From NCBI GenBank assembly GCA_002633005.1, contig NMRA01000020.1, forward strand, positions 273,621 to 337,620: DNA of 64,000 bases, written 5' to 3'. Both the position numbers and the translations under genes were made by a program. The stretch comes from Phoronis australis. Lineage: Eukaryota > Animalia > Phoronida. Below the pieces are notes generated by a model. That model saw nothing but the letters and a program-made list of their open reading frames with translations. It was not told the origin of the DNA and did no database searches. This document shows positions 1 through 12,100 of this stretch, one piece after another; position 1 is the first letter of the stretch; each line of letters starts with the position of its first letter.

Positions 1-949
1 TTACCCTAGAACAAGTTACTCCTGGAACGAGTTGTCGCTAGGTTTGAGTGCTGTCTGGACACAATTTAATAGCTCAATTTACCCCTCTTGTGACATCATC
101 GAAGTAGGGTAACTTGCGCCACGTAATTGGTGTGTGACCCCAAAAGTGGGGTAGGGAGGAAATAATTATCAGCTGCAGTTACGTACAGACGGGTTTTCTC
201 TTGCATGCCGTGTTCAATTGTTACGCACAGAGCGACAACTCCGCCTTATCATAGTTATTGGATATGTGTGTGGGGAGGTAATTTGCACTAGTGCAAGTTG
301 ATCTAGGGTAGGCTGCGTGTGAACGGGACTTTTCTCATTATCTGTTTCACCTATGGCCTGATCAGTGTCTTCTTCACCCCCATTTCCTTACCTGTCTTCA
401 CAATATTTGTCAAGCTCGCTCTCTAAGATTTTCGTAACTTACAAAATCACTACTATAAGCCGTTGCATGTATACTGTCAACGAATATACGTCTTTCACTG
501 ATGACATCAAATGGCGGGAAACCAAAAATAATTAATTTTTCTTTAAAATTCCTCCATTTTTCCCCAAAAGTGCTTGTTTGGTTAGATTTTGTGTTATACA
601 ATTTTTATACACGAACTAATACCTCAAAAAGTGGCAAAAATACACGGCAGGAACGCTTTAAGTCTTATGTTCACACTGAACACGTTGCCCTAGAGCAAAC
701 TACGTTCACACTACACGCCCTACACCTCGCGACAAATACTGACTAGGCGCGCACCTGGTGGCTACTTCCGCCTTGTCTGCTGGTTTGAAAAAGTTACCCT
801 GCCTCAACAAAATGGGGTAAGTTATCTCACGTTTGTCAAGATTCCCCAGCGCAAGTAGCGTTCACACTCCATACAACTGCTTTTATACCTAACGACAGCT
901 CCCTCTAGGAACGGCTGGTTTCAGGTCATCACGTAGTGTGGACGGCACT
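1..949. mobile_element. Remnants of 'gttcacac'-type MITEs (Harbinger-like, tentative)
   Basis: Right-end-like sequences gtgtgaacgggact (to 329) and gtgtggacggcact (to about 949), with repeated internal gttcacac and accctag motifs. Similar ends occur at 18068 and about 51303. Confidence 0.45.
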
Positions 950-1468
950 TTTGTTTTCCAATGATATCCTGGACACGTTCCTGAAGTGAGAACGCATTCG
1001 ATTTAAACACGTGTGACGGGCTCAATTTCTAAAGCTCGTGGGTGTTCAACAGAATATTTGCGATAAAATAACATTAAACTATCTAAATTTCGAGTTTTTA
1101 GTACATGATTACACTGTCACGTGATGGGCTTATCATGAACATCAAACAACATTATATCGATTTATGTAAAGAACTGTCGTATGCATATGTTTTATCGCAT
1201 TTCGTTCGTGGCACCAACAATGAAAACTCCATCAGGAATTTGATCCACAAGAGGGTAATTAACTTCTCGAAGACTATTTAAGAGCAAACGCATCCATGGA
1301 CATTTATTTTCCTTTCGCTAAGACTTGACGGAAACAGTAGAATACATCATGTATCTTATTGCACACACACGCGTGATTTTATTCTGTGGTAAGTTTTAAA
1401 TTTCGTATTTATCTTATAAATTTTTCTATTGTCGCCAGTCCTATTTGGTTCCTTTTTAATCTACAGGG

Positions 1469-1547
1469 ATGCAGGTATCTTGGCCAAGCTGCATTATTAT
1501 TTACGTACTTTTTAAAGTGCTCGAGATTGCAATTGTATACAAAGTCG
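1469..1547 (+). CDS. Candidate first coding (signal-peptide) exon of the CAP gene
   Basis: The ATG lies just after a good acceptor (ttcctttttaatctacag, ending 1466), which is preceded by a gtaagt donor at 1389. It encodes hydrophobic MQVSWPSCIIIYVLFKVLEIAIVYKV. A weak phase-1 donor (gtgaaa, 1548) joins in frame to exon 2499. Inference only. Confidence 0.35.
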
Positions 1548-1882
1548 GTGAAAGAGCAGATCTTCACCCTGCAGTCATCCAAATACGCACGTGCGCTGTC
1601 AATTTTCTGACGGAATTCACTTCCTTATTTGGGCACTTGACTGTGTTAAGAAGCTTTTTAGTCGGTCCCCTCAATCCCCTTCGTAAAAAGCTACAGAAAA
1701 CACGACAAACACCGCCTGCTTTTATTTTGTTACAGCACGTGGTATAACAGCTTCTAAGATATAACTGCACCACAGTAAGGTGTATAAGGTGCTGCCGTTA
1801 CCGAGCGGCGTCAACATGGTTGTTCTGGTGACCACACTGTGCTTCTTGTCGCTTAGAGTCATTTTTACGAGCAATCACGAGT

Positions 1883-2061
1883 CAGAAGCCGTAGCGTATT
1901 TAGGGGGGGGGGGGGGGGGNNNGGGTGTGAAGGGGAGTAGACCATGCCCCCCTAAAATTCTGTCACATTCCATTTGTCAGTTCGAGGGTGCGAATGTCTG
2001 ACGGGTAAAATCCTGGCTAATCCTGCCCTGCCCCCAACTCAAAACCCTGGATCCGCCCCTG
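1883..2061. mobile_element. Degenerate G/C-run MITE
   Basis: Poly-G near the left end, C runs and a ...cctggatccgcccctg right end. The architecture resembles the 3380 element, but the left TIR is poor. Confidence 0.45.
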
Positions 2062-2498
2062 AGAAGAAATTGGAATCTGCAAGTCCATATTAGGAACCAA
2101 ATGCAGCCTATCCTACTTCGTTTCAGGAGTTGCGCTCGTCGCAAGCCTCTGTGACCAGAAGTACTTAGCGATGGATTCAAAACACACCGCGTGCTCCACG
2201 CGATCATCCAACTACCTCAGCGGGGGTATGGTGTCAAATTTTATTATTTCGCCACCGTAACAGCTCACAAACTCATTTCTAGTTACGGCAAAGAGAAATA
2301 GAAATATGGCTTATAACTAACAATTCCCGAGTATAATAGTTCTTGGCCCACTTCTGTATAGACAAAAAGGCATTGTTTATTCTTTGTGAGTAAAACAATT
2401 TCAACGTCTACTTTAACAATTTATATTTCAAAGTTTGATCATCATCTTTGTAACTTTCTGAAGATTGTTAATGACCCCATTCATATTATTTTGTAAAG

Positions 2499-5400
2499 GA
2501 GTTACTGACAAAGTCAAACAAGAAATATTAGACTTGCACAACGAGCTAAGATCCAAAATCGCTGGAACACAGAAAGCTGCCAACATGCAAAAAATGGTAA
2601 GTTTTAAGCTTTAGGTTACAGACGTGTTGTCCCTGGGCGTTGTAAGGGGGCGCGCAGTAAAGGTAGTCACGCGCGAGTGACTTGTGAGAAATCTTGACCT
2701 CATGCAACGGAAATAGTGAGTAGCTTCCACCGTAATTTAACGTGCTGGCGTCGCCGTCCAATCTCTTCAGTTGCTGTGAGTGTACTTTGAAAATGTGCGT
2801 TCCGTAAGACCAATTTCTGGTGAATGTGAGAAATGCTAAACAACGAGATATTTGTACAACTAAATAGTGAATTATTTATAAATATCAACTATTTGCAATG
2901 AATGACATATGCTGCCCCATATTTATAACCCATCTTTTTGGAACTAAACTTCTGATTCTGGGAATGTGATAATTGTACGTGTACATGGATGAACTAGTTT
3001 ACGTTTATTTTTTCTGTTCCTTTTGCAACTCTATTTAAAATGCTGCTACGTAAACGCTTTATGCAAAATAATTTTTAATTTAGACCACTTACCATTAGTA
3101 AACTGTTTTCACTCAATTCCTTGCTTACTTATTCCAAGAAACTGACTTAAGTTCATTTTTGGTTTACGCATAAGATTTGTCTTCAACTTCTAAGCTTTGA
3201 AACTTCCACATCCAATAAGACAGCCATAGTTAATACAAAAATTTTATCAAAAACTTTATGTCAAACTTAAGATCTCTGTCTTGAAACTGCTTACGACATG
3301 TTTAAATTTTATCTTAAAATTGATTTAAATTTAAGATTTGTATTAACTAAGTCAGTTTTGTTGGAACAGACCCATGAGCCATGCGCGCACCCAGGGGCCG
3401 GGGGNGGGGGGGGCTCGGGGGACTCGAACAAGCCCCCCCATTTGGCGAAGTAGGTAAATAAGCGCAAACACGTACTTCACAGTGGTGCTCCCCCTTTTTC
3501 TTTTTTTTTCAGTCCGCCCGCTGTTTTGCTAGGATAAGGTCCACGACGTCAAGAATTCGAGCCCCCCCCTAAATTGAAGTCTGGGTGCGCGCATGTGAGC
3601 ATGAAAAACTAATGTTTCGTTACTGACGTCATCCTCAACACGTAAAACGGCTCGTCAGGCCAAGCCAACTCGTTTCAGCAAGCATTATCGAGGTTTCATT
3701 TTATTCCAAGCCCAGGAATGGCTTCTAATTTTGCCGGTAAAACAAATATCATTGCAAACGCGGTTATAGTCGATATCGTTACGGAAAATGTCTACGACAT
3801 TTATTTGTTGTGAAGAACGCTATGTCCGTGGTCACGTTAATTACACATACCATTTCACTATTCGCAGGTCTGGGACGACGAAATCGCTAGCGTCGCTCAG
3901 AAGATGGCGGAAAATTGTGTGTTCGCCCACGACAAATCCAGCCAACGAGGCATACCAGGTACTATTCAGAGTTACCTTCCCAACAACCTTGAACAACTTT
4001 CCGTCGAACTAATCGTAGCTCTATCCAGCCACGTCACAGGATTTACGTATTTAAGAGTAGATCGGTAGAAAGGTGTCTCGCAGAAAGCCCAGAACTAAAA
4101 CGTAACGTTTTTACAGATTCTGGTCACAAATCTCCATTTTAAAAAATCGCAAAGTTAAGACATTTTACATAGACAGGCCCGTGTGTAGGGAGGTAGATTT
4201 GTTATTGGGCATGTACATGCCTCAGTATAGAGAACTCATTGATTTCTTTCGTGGCGCAGCTATCAACAAGATGCCTTTTTTCTTCACACCAATTCCCAGT
4301 ATCCATTCACAATAACGCACGCGTATACAATATGCAAATTTTCGTTCTTAAAACGTGAAAAACATACTTTCTGACAACACAAAACACATTTAGCTAATAG
4401 TTGATGTCTGATTTTCTGAAACGTTCTAACGATTTTTGTCAGTGCACCAGAAAATAAATTTGCAACAAATAAGGTATGCTCAGAAAGAGCGGGAAACTTT
4501 TGTCTAGGCGTCAGGATACACTTACATCTCGTATAAATATGAGCATATATGTATATAGTCACATAAATATGTTTTCATATAATTATATACTTAAACTGTA
4601 CACATAGTTATATAAATTACGATCTTGGAAAAGTTTTTAAACTTAGAAATTTTGCAAAGAAACTTCAATACTTACATGTAGCACACGGGTTCCATGATTT
4701 ACAGACATTTTTGATTGTGTTTGGCACTGTGTTCATCAACTTGTAACACGTTAGATCATTATTTGCTTTTCTCAAAGCCTTACTCAGTATGCCTGGAGCA
4801 CGCGTTACGAGTTCTCCGCTTTACCGACGTTCCAGCGTTACCTGTTATCGTCAGGGCGGAAGCGGTCCAGCTAAAATTTTTTTCTCGGGTTACGAAAGCT
4901 ACATGTACGAAGAGATGATCATGGTTTATCTAAAACATGTTATGAAGACAGATGTCATACCGTCGGTATTTCTCTTCTCTTCTCTGTCGCCAACTGCTCG
5001 GAGTGTCTTTTTAAACGCGAAACGTCTTGAGCGCCAGTCATTATACTGCCTTTCAAGTCACTGCAACGGGTGCAGCTCGCGATGCCTAAAAAGGCCACGA
5101 AGTTGGAGTCACGTGTAGCCACTGCTTACTCCAAGGCCACCAATCAGGTGACACACTACAGTTATTACAGGGTTTTTAGCTGCCGATGCACACCTAAGTG
5201 GAATCTTTTCTTCACGTCCTTATCAAGAGTTTGACTACAGATTCAAAATGCTCGTTCTCTGTCAATTCTAAAAATATAGTCTTAACATTCCCTTACCAGA
5301 TGCCTGCTTGGCAACTTTGAATTGTTTGACAGCTAACTGAAATCGCACCAGATATCTCAGACTGCAGGGATTGAAAGCAAACTACAGCAACCATTTTGCA

Positions 5401-7626
5401 TCAAAAGTAGATCACGGTTAAAAGTTTTGGCTTTTCTCATTCAAGACGAGTTCAAAAGCACAAGCAAATCAGTTTCATTGAAATTATTTTCAACACATTC
5501 CTCAAAACAGCCGCCACGAACGGATGTTCACAATGATCGTCACACAAAGTTGGCGAGGAATGATTTGGTCCGCAAACGACACTTCCTGGGAAAACTTGAT
5601 GAACATCAAAATTTGTCTGATTACTTTGATAGTGTATTTTAACCAAAAATAACTCAAAGGTTGCCTCTTTCTTTAGTTTAATACTGTAGGAACATATCCT
5701 AAAGTATTACGCTAAAAACCAATTTACGTATTCGCGAAATATTATGCCTCGTCCCATTCAAGCGCCCATAATTTAAGAATGAGCGATCGCTGCTTAATGA
5801 CCGTTTTTCCCAGATGAAAATGAATTGATTGAGTCAGTCAGACTGTCTCTATACTGCCTCCTTCAGTAACACATCGGGTACTTTCGTACCTAAAATTTAC
5901 CATCGGAGGTGAACGGCTGCACGTCTGTGGACATGTGCCGTACGTCAAGTCACTTTATTTTCTTTCAAACTGTTCAACGATTGACCAGATGACTTAGTCT
6001 ACACTTAATGTGCAGATAACAAACTTCGCAGCGAAGTGTATGTAGCGAATAATGAATAGATATACATATGCAATGAGTAGCTGGTTTTGTTTTGTAACGG
6101 CTGTACCATGCATGTATGGATATGTGTCATTTTTGATCCAGGCAAATACGGTTGCGGACAAAATCTCGCTATGGGATGGAGGACGTGGGAGGATGCGATT
6201 CGCGCGTGGTTTGGCGAAGTTAAAGATTTTAAATATGGACATGAAACAGTCCCATTCTACAAGATTGGTCATTTTACTCAGGTAATTATTTTGGCCTGAT
6301 TTCGGTCAAAATGTAAATCAAACTTCTCTCTAGAATTTGTCATGTAGGCCTTTGAACCTTCAAATGATAGATTTCTTGAATTTGACCATTATTTCAGATG
6401 ACGTGGGCAGTGAGCGTTCGCATTGGCTGTGGTTTTGCTGACTGTAAAAGTATCAAGAACCTTTACGTTTGTAATTACGGACCCGCGTAAGCATTTTGAT
6501 ACTTAAAAGATCCCTCGATTTTTACTCTCGTTTACCTTTGTTATCTATGTGATTTGTTATGACAACGTCCAATCTGATGCTCCATTTTTCTTGTTAAAGG
6601 GACACCATCACTTTGATGGATGGTCAGCATTTTAGGGATTACTTTGGGAAAGGGTTGACTTCCTGAAGCTGTTAGCTTTGATCGCAGTTACAATATAGAC
6701 ACATATGTCGTGTATTTGTTGTTTTATTAACAATCGCTGATACCTAGCAAAGGCTTCCAATCAAAAGTATTGAAACGGATGCAGCTTCCTCATCAGCTGT
6801 TTCGTTTCTAGGCAACGTGGGAGTGGCCGACGTGGGAAGGTATAATTGAATCACAGGGAAGATTCTGCGAAAATAAAACAAAAGAAAGACACAATCAATT
6901 AAAAAACCAAGTACCTTTTATGAAACAGCTCCGAACAACTATTGACGCATTCTGTGACACAAGGATGTGTAATTGTAACACATTGCTCGTTTTGATTATA
7001 TTTCAATTATGCTTCATGCTACCCGATAAGGTCACTTTAAAATAGATCACAAGCTTCAAAAGACATCTCTGAAATTCGAATATTATGTCTGGTATACATC
7101 TCGTCACGTTGGCTCATGTCGTCACGTTTTATGTGCTTATGCGTTTTTTAAGAGGTAACATCCGACCAGTCAGCAAACCTTGGATAGCTGGACCTAAAGC
7201 CTGTAGTGAATGTCCGGACACTTGTCGCGATAATTTGTGCGGTAAGATCACTATAATTGACCGATCGATGTATAACAATTGCCATTCCTTGACCAAACGA
7301 AATTCTGCAGCAAAGAGCTTTGAAGTGGTCAAGCAAATTCAATTGCTCTGACGGCTATGTTTGTGGCCATCTTACGATTCAAATAGTCCATAACGCTGTT
7401 AATATCAGTTACAGAAAATTATAATTCCCACCAACTTTTAATTATTTCTATCGCATTTCTTCTCTAACCCTTAGTTTTTCAGTCATAAACATAAGCGGAA
7501 TTGACAGCTACTTGCAAATATTTTCAGATTGTGGCGGTAAGGTTTGTTTCAACGGTGGGAAGCTGGACGTCAATACATGCCAGTGTCAGTGTAAAGACGC
7601 GACCTACGATCCCAAGGATTGTACCA
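2499..7626 (+). CDS. CAP-superfamily (CRISP/SCP/PR-1) cysteine-rich secretory protein with hinge and EGF-like module; core exons 2499-2596, 3868-3958, 6142-6281, 6398-6486, 7153-7241, 7528-7626
   Basis: Six exons with AG/GT boundaries and compatible phases splice into one frame: VTDKVKQEILDLHNELRSKIAGTQKAANMQKM / VWDDEIASVAQKMAENCVFAHD... / GKYGCGQNLAMG...WFGEVKDF...GHFTQ / MTWAVSVRIGCG...LYVCNYGPA / GNIRPVSKPWIAGPKACSECPDTCRDNLC / DCGGKVCFNGGKLDVNTCQCQC...DCT. GHFTQMTW and LYVCNYGPAGN are the CAP signature motifs. The 5' and 3' terminal exons are uncertain. Confidence 0.93.
3130..3372. mobile_element. AT-rich MITE, copy 1 (Harbinger-like, tentative)
   Basis: Ends ttccaagaaactgactta ... taagtcagttttgttggaa are inverted. 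The interior (aaaactttatgtcaaactt; ttttatcttaaaattgatttaa) matches the reverse complement of 25360-25445. Confidence 0.65.
3380..3595. mobile_element. MITE, 15-bp perfect TIR, 5-bp TSD
   Basis: catgcgcgcacccag ... ctgggtgcgcgcatg, flanked by tgagc at 3375-3379 and 3596-3600, with internal G and C runs. Confidence 0.85.
6598..7036. mobile_element. Possible non-autonomous TTAA-target (Kolobok-like) MITE in CAP intron
   Basis: ttaa|agggacaccatca ... cgataaggtcact|ttaa: TTAA on both sides with imperfect short TIRs. Confidence 0.4.
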
Positions 7627-7726
7627 GTAAGTTTCAGTCCTGTGTTGGAAATTTCTTGCAAGAGCCTTCACTTAACTTTGAGGCCTACATTATCAAACAG
7701 TTTTAACACATGATTCACTTAGGAAA

Positions 7727-9256
7727 TTGCTCTATGCTGCAGTCTGTTCCCAAAAACCATACGGTGACACTCCAATTGAGAAACTGGAGTGCGAAAACGA
7801 TGCTCCAAAGCGGATGGGTACTGCCCTTAGGCAAGCCACCAAGAGCAAGCGGCTTGGTGGAAATGGATACAGAAAGCTCACTGTTGGGAAATGCGCAAAA
7901 CTCCAGAACCATTATCGTGGTGCAATTCTGGCTAACACGGGTAATGTCGAGGACATGAAGAAAGCCATTTGGGCGACATTTTTTCATTCTATGTCAACCG
8001 ACGCTGAACCCCACCATGAGCGGTGTCCAACTGGGGAAACATCAGGGTGTTTTTCATAATAGGTCCCAGGCAAAAGTTGAACCTATTCCCAGTCACGACA
8101 ACATGTCAACAGTGTTTGATATGAAGGTTGCCCGGGCTATTGGTCCTATTTATAAACGCATGACAGATGAGCAGCTCTTGAACCGCCTGAGTCATGGAAA
8201 AACCATCAATGCAAATGAGGCGGTTAACAGTACGATCTGGAGACACTGTCCTAAGAACACCTTTGTGGGGGCATTGCGTGTCCAGTCTGCAACTGCAGAA
8301 GCACTTAATAAATACAATTTCGGTAACACTCATTTACTTTAAGTAATATAGTTTATATCTGTCGAGCTTACCGAGATCAGTGTTTGTTCTACGCAACCGA
8401 GTGATGTTGTTCGCGTGCGCCAGACAAAGCGTCAGAGTGCTGAATCATTTTCAATTACTAGGAAAGTCAGAGACACCAAAAAGAAGAAAATCGAAGAAAA
8501 TGTTTCAATGCAGGAAGGACCAACGTATATTGGTAGCGAATTCAGAAACTTTAACTCATGATTACTGAGACTGCCAATTGGCTGACACACTGCCAGGATA
8601 ACGTGGATTTTGATTATACTACAAACAGATAAAATGTTCATTCACGTGTTTGTAAATAGTTAAAATATCTTTTTGTAGAAAGGTAGCTGATTTTACCAAT
8701 GTTGCTTCAATACAAGTTTGGTTGTTTTCTGTAACTTTACAAATTGTTAATTCCCAATTGCCTTTATGAGCCATTTTCTCATAATTGAGTTTTCTCACTC
8801 TATGTCTCACAAAAAGCAGCATTTTTGTGTCTATTGCATTGAAAATTGGCACAACTATTACAAATGTCAATATCTACAATATGTCAGAACAGTTTGTCAT
8901 TTAAAATTTCTGAATTGATTTTTTTCCAAAAAGTGAGCTTTTGCATGAGAACAAAGGTTTCTTTTTGATATAAAAACCACATGATATGCTGTTTATAAAA
9001 CCTCCTGACAAAGTGTAGATATTACTCATATCTTTTAAATAAAAAAGAATTATTAAAAAACAAAGATTTTAGAAGATATGCCGCTTTTACGTTTTCTCGT
9101 AATTTCCCAATATTTGTTTGTTACCATGGCAACAGCAACCAAAAATGAGAAATAAAGTGAAAAATCATAATTTCGCAGTTAGATATCCTAAAAAAATTAA
9201 TTACTGTCTTTAAAGTTTCAAACAATTAGCTTTATTTTTTACTGCAGACTCTCACC
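7727..9256 (+). mobile_element. 5'-truncated DNA transposon with decayed DDE transposase (Kolobok / 'Mutator-like transposase' type)
   Basis: Motifs IEKLEC..KRMGTALR, LGG.G.RKLT, KLQNHY..AI, MKKAIWATFFHSMSTD.EPHH.RCP.G and HGKTINANEAVNSTIWRHCPK, plus C-terminal EGPTYIGSEF (about 8514-8543). There is a frameshift near 8050 and stops near 8340-8350. An AT-rich tail ends ...ctctcacc|TTAA (9257-9260), which fits a TTAA-target element. Confidence 0.85.
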
Positions 9257-9547
9257 TTAAAGCTCTCACGTTAATGTATTGGTTGCGAAGTGACGACTGT
9301 CTCTTTCAAAACAAAATCCTTCAAATGTACAAAGCTAACAAATTTACGTACACCCTGACATTCTACAAGTTCGTGGCCCTATAGTTGAACAAAATATCCA
9401 ACTGTATGGCTTTTTGTTAGGGCAACGTGGTATTTTAGGAAAAGCGTCCAAATCGAAAGTACCCTTAGAACGTTTTGGGCACTTGAAAGCTAGGTCTAAA
9501 ATATCGTTTCAAGTGTCCTGTTCTTGTCATTAAAATTTTTCTTTCAG

Positions 9548-9606
9548 AAATTTCTGGTGTACACATAAAGCACACGAATGGAAGATCAGGCTGCTGGATA
9601 AGGTAG
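9548..9606 (+). CDS. Candidate last coding exon of the CAP gene
   Basis: Acceptor tttttctttcag ends at 9547. The phase-1 reading gives KISGVHIKHTNGRSGCWIR then a stop, with no recognisable motif. Another acceptor at about 10236 may be a UTR exon. Confidence 0.3.
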
Positions 9607-10811
9607 TCAAACGGATCTCCGCATCACAGTCAGTGTAGACTTATATAGTTGATGGCTTATATTTCCAGTGGACTGTGGAAAAGTGAAAGACAAATTCTAC
9701 TGCGCGTTCTGGGGAGAGAAAGAGTGTAAAATGTACAGCAATGCGCCATCCGACTGTCCCCATCTTTGTAAAGTTTGTCTCGCTTAGATGGAAGGTAACT
9801 ACGAGCCTCGTCCCATTCTTCAGGTGAATTGTACTTGCATCTGTTATGAACTCGAACATTCGGTCCGTGTGTCGGGCTGGTGAAGCAAAAGAAAAAGGGA
9901 TGGAGGGACGGACGGACGGACGGAGGGGGAGAGAGAGGGAGGGAGGGAGAGTCCGTTCGTATTCAATCTCCAATCTGCATGTATTTGATTGTCAACATGA
10001 CGCACCTGTTATGTACTGAATGCTCGGTTTACGCCGAGCCAACCGACTAATACTTTTGATTGGTCTGTTTGCCGAAAATCATCGTCCAGGACCAATCAGA
10101 TGTCTTAGCAGGTTTACCCGGCGAACCCGCTGGCGAAGTCAATCAAGTGTAGCCACTGTGTTGAAATCAAGCGTTTTAGCTCGAGCTGTTCTTTGTTCAC
10201 AGTAAGTAATGACAATTGCACGTTTTGTACTTTCAGATAAGAGACTGAAGACCTAATGGATGCAAGATGCGTATTATGAAATAAGATGGACATTTATGTG
10301 CACTCAGTACTGCTTTATGACAGTACTACATTCTGTTTATGTGGATTATAATTCGAGCAACTTGAATAGGAGTCGTCTCTAGTTGTTTCCTTGGGGCAGA
10401 ATTTATCCAAACCTTCATTCTATCTCCCGCACCTATCGCAAGTGCATATCCAGGGAGTTGTGACTCGCCCTTCCAAGACCAACAGTGTTTTATGCAGAAT
10501 GTGACTTCACTTGTATGTTTAATGCCTCCAATGAGGATTAATAAGAAGACTTTTTGGACAGTGGTGCGGCTGCCGCCAACACTCGACACACCCTAAAGTC
10601 TTTATAGTTCAGTAAAAACAAAAAAGACATTTGACAAATCTCTTATCATTTTTGTTCGTCATACGTGAACTTTTTTAAAGAAATTGAACATAAATACCGC
10701 ACCACCAGAGATAATTATGCTTATACCACAATATTAGCCTCGAATGGCAAATACAACCGTGTAATAACCCATAAAATTATCTCACTAGTGAGATAACATT
10801 TTGGCGGGAAA

Positions 10812-10882
10812 CCGAGGCCGGATTCGAATCCGGGCCTCAGCAGTTGCGAGTGGCCGACTTTACCACTACACCACTCAGCGGC
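10812..10882 (-). mobile_element. tRNA-derived SINE head / tRNA pseudogene
   Basis: Minus strand gctgagTGGTGTAGTGGtaaagtcggccactcgcaactgctgaggcccGGATTCGAATCCggcctcggt: Pol III A and B boxes at tRNA spacing, with imperfect stems. Confidence 0.7.
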
Positions 10883-11104
10883 TGACGTCATCTTACATGA
10901 CGCACAACAACCGCATATTCAGCAAAGGGCAATGCACCGACAATTATGAAAAATAAGACGCGTAATTTCCACAAAAACGATATTTTGATTCAGTGAATTT
11001 TTTCTCTCGTGTTCTCTCACTTGTAAATCACCGATCTCCAATTTGAATGCAGGTGTAGTGTGGTCGGGATCCTTTGACTTGAGCCAAGGAGTGTACTAGT
11101 ACAG

Positions 11105-12090
11105 TAGGCAATGACCATCGCTTCTGTTGGCCCGAACCAGAGGCGATGCAGCTCCTATAGGCGCTCCATACGCCGGAAGCTTTTCGGCGAATTATGCCTC
11201 GCACTGGCTAAAGCATGAAAGTCACGTTGTTATAAATACCTTTTGCGTATAGAGGGACATCTTAGGAGGTTGGCGGTGTGTTTAATTCCTTCCAACTTGA
11301 ACAAATACTTCCGTTATCGAACTTTTTGTTCGAGCAGTCACTCGTTCCGTTCCCAAAATCGTGAACTCACCATTTTTATACTGCGCACGCTCCAATTTTT
11401 ACCGCGCTCGCTCGGTGATGTGACTTCATGACCTCAATCTTTAAATAGGCCAAAGGTGAGCTATTGCGGTCTTGTCCAATGAGATAAATATAACTATGTA
11501 TATAGCTCATTGGTCTTCTCAGTCAAATGTTCGTTTCTAAAATGCCCCCACTTATACTTGTCTTTAATTGGCGTTACTTGAAACTGATTGTATTTCAATG
11601 AATTATTGTTTGTATTTGATAAAAATAAATGCTGGTGATATGACATTTAATAGTCTTTGTGCACATATTTGACATTTTAATGTTTAACAACACGGCAAAG
11701 GCACGGCTGGTTCCCGGCAGCACGTACGCAAAGGGCGGGAACTTCAGCTTTCAAAGTTCGCCGGTAGGACCGCAACCTTCGGCCTGGTTAAAAGAATCTC
11801 TTGGCGTGCGCCGAGTGAAAATGTTGACTTCACGATTTTGGGAACTGAAATAGGGACTGCTTGAAGAACAAAAAATGATAACGGGAGTATTTGTTCGAGT
11901 TGGAAGGAATTAAACACATCGACAAACTCCTAAGGTGTTCCTCTATGCGCAAAAGGTATTTATAACAACGTGACTTTGATGGTTTAATCCGTGCGAGGCA
12001 TAATTCGCCAAAAAGCTTCCGGCGTATGGAGCGCCTATAGGAGCTGCATCGCCTCTGGTTCGGACCAACAGAGGCGATGGTCATTGCCTA
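11105..12090. mobile_element. Long-TIR foldback/MULE-type non-autonomous element, 986 bp, 9-bp TSD
   Basis: Arms at about 11105-11390 and 11802-12090 are inverted copies (taggcaatgaccatcgc ... gcgatggtcattgccta). The perfect direct repeat ctagtacag is at 11096-11104 and 12091-12099. Confidence 0.92.
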
Positions 12091-12100
12091 CTAGTACAGG

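Noticed and set aside
1736-2387. Additional CAP N-terminal exons (about 1736-1774 and 2283-2385)
   Set aside because: The splice-like boundaries are present, but both candidates have stops in all three frames.
10812-10882. Functional tRNA-Ala(CGC) gene
   Set aside because: The acceptor, anticodon and T stems pair poorly, which fits a SINE head or pseudogene better.
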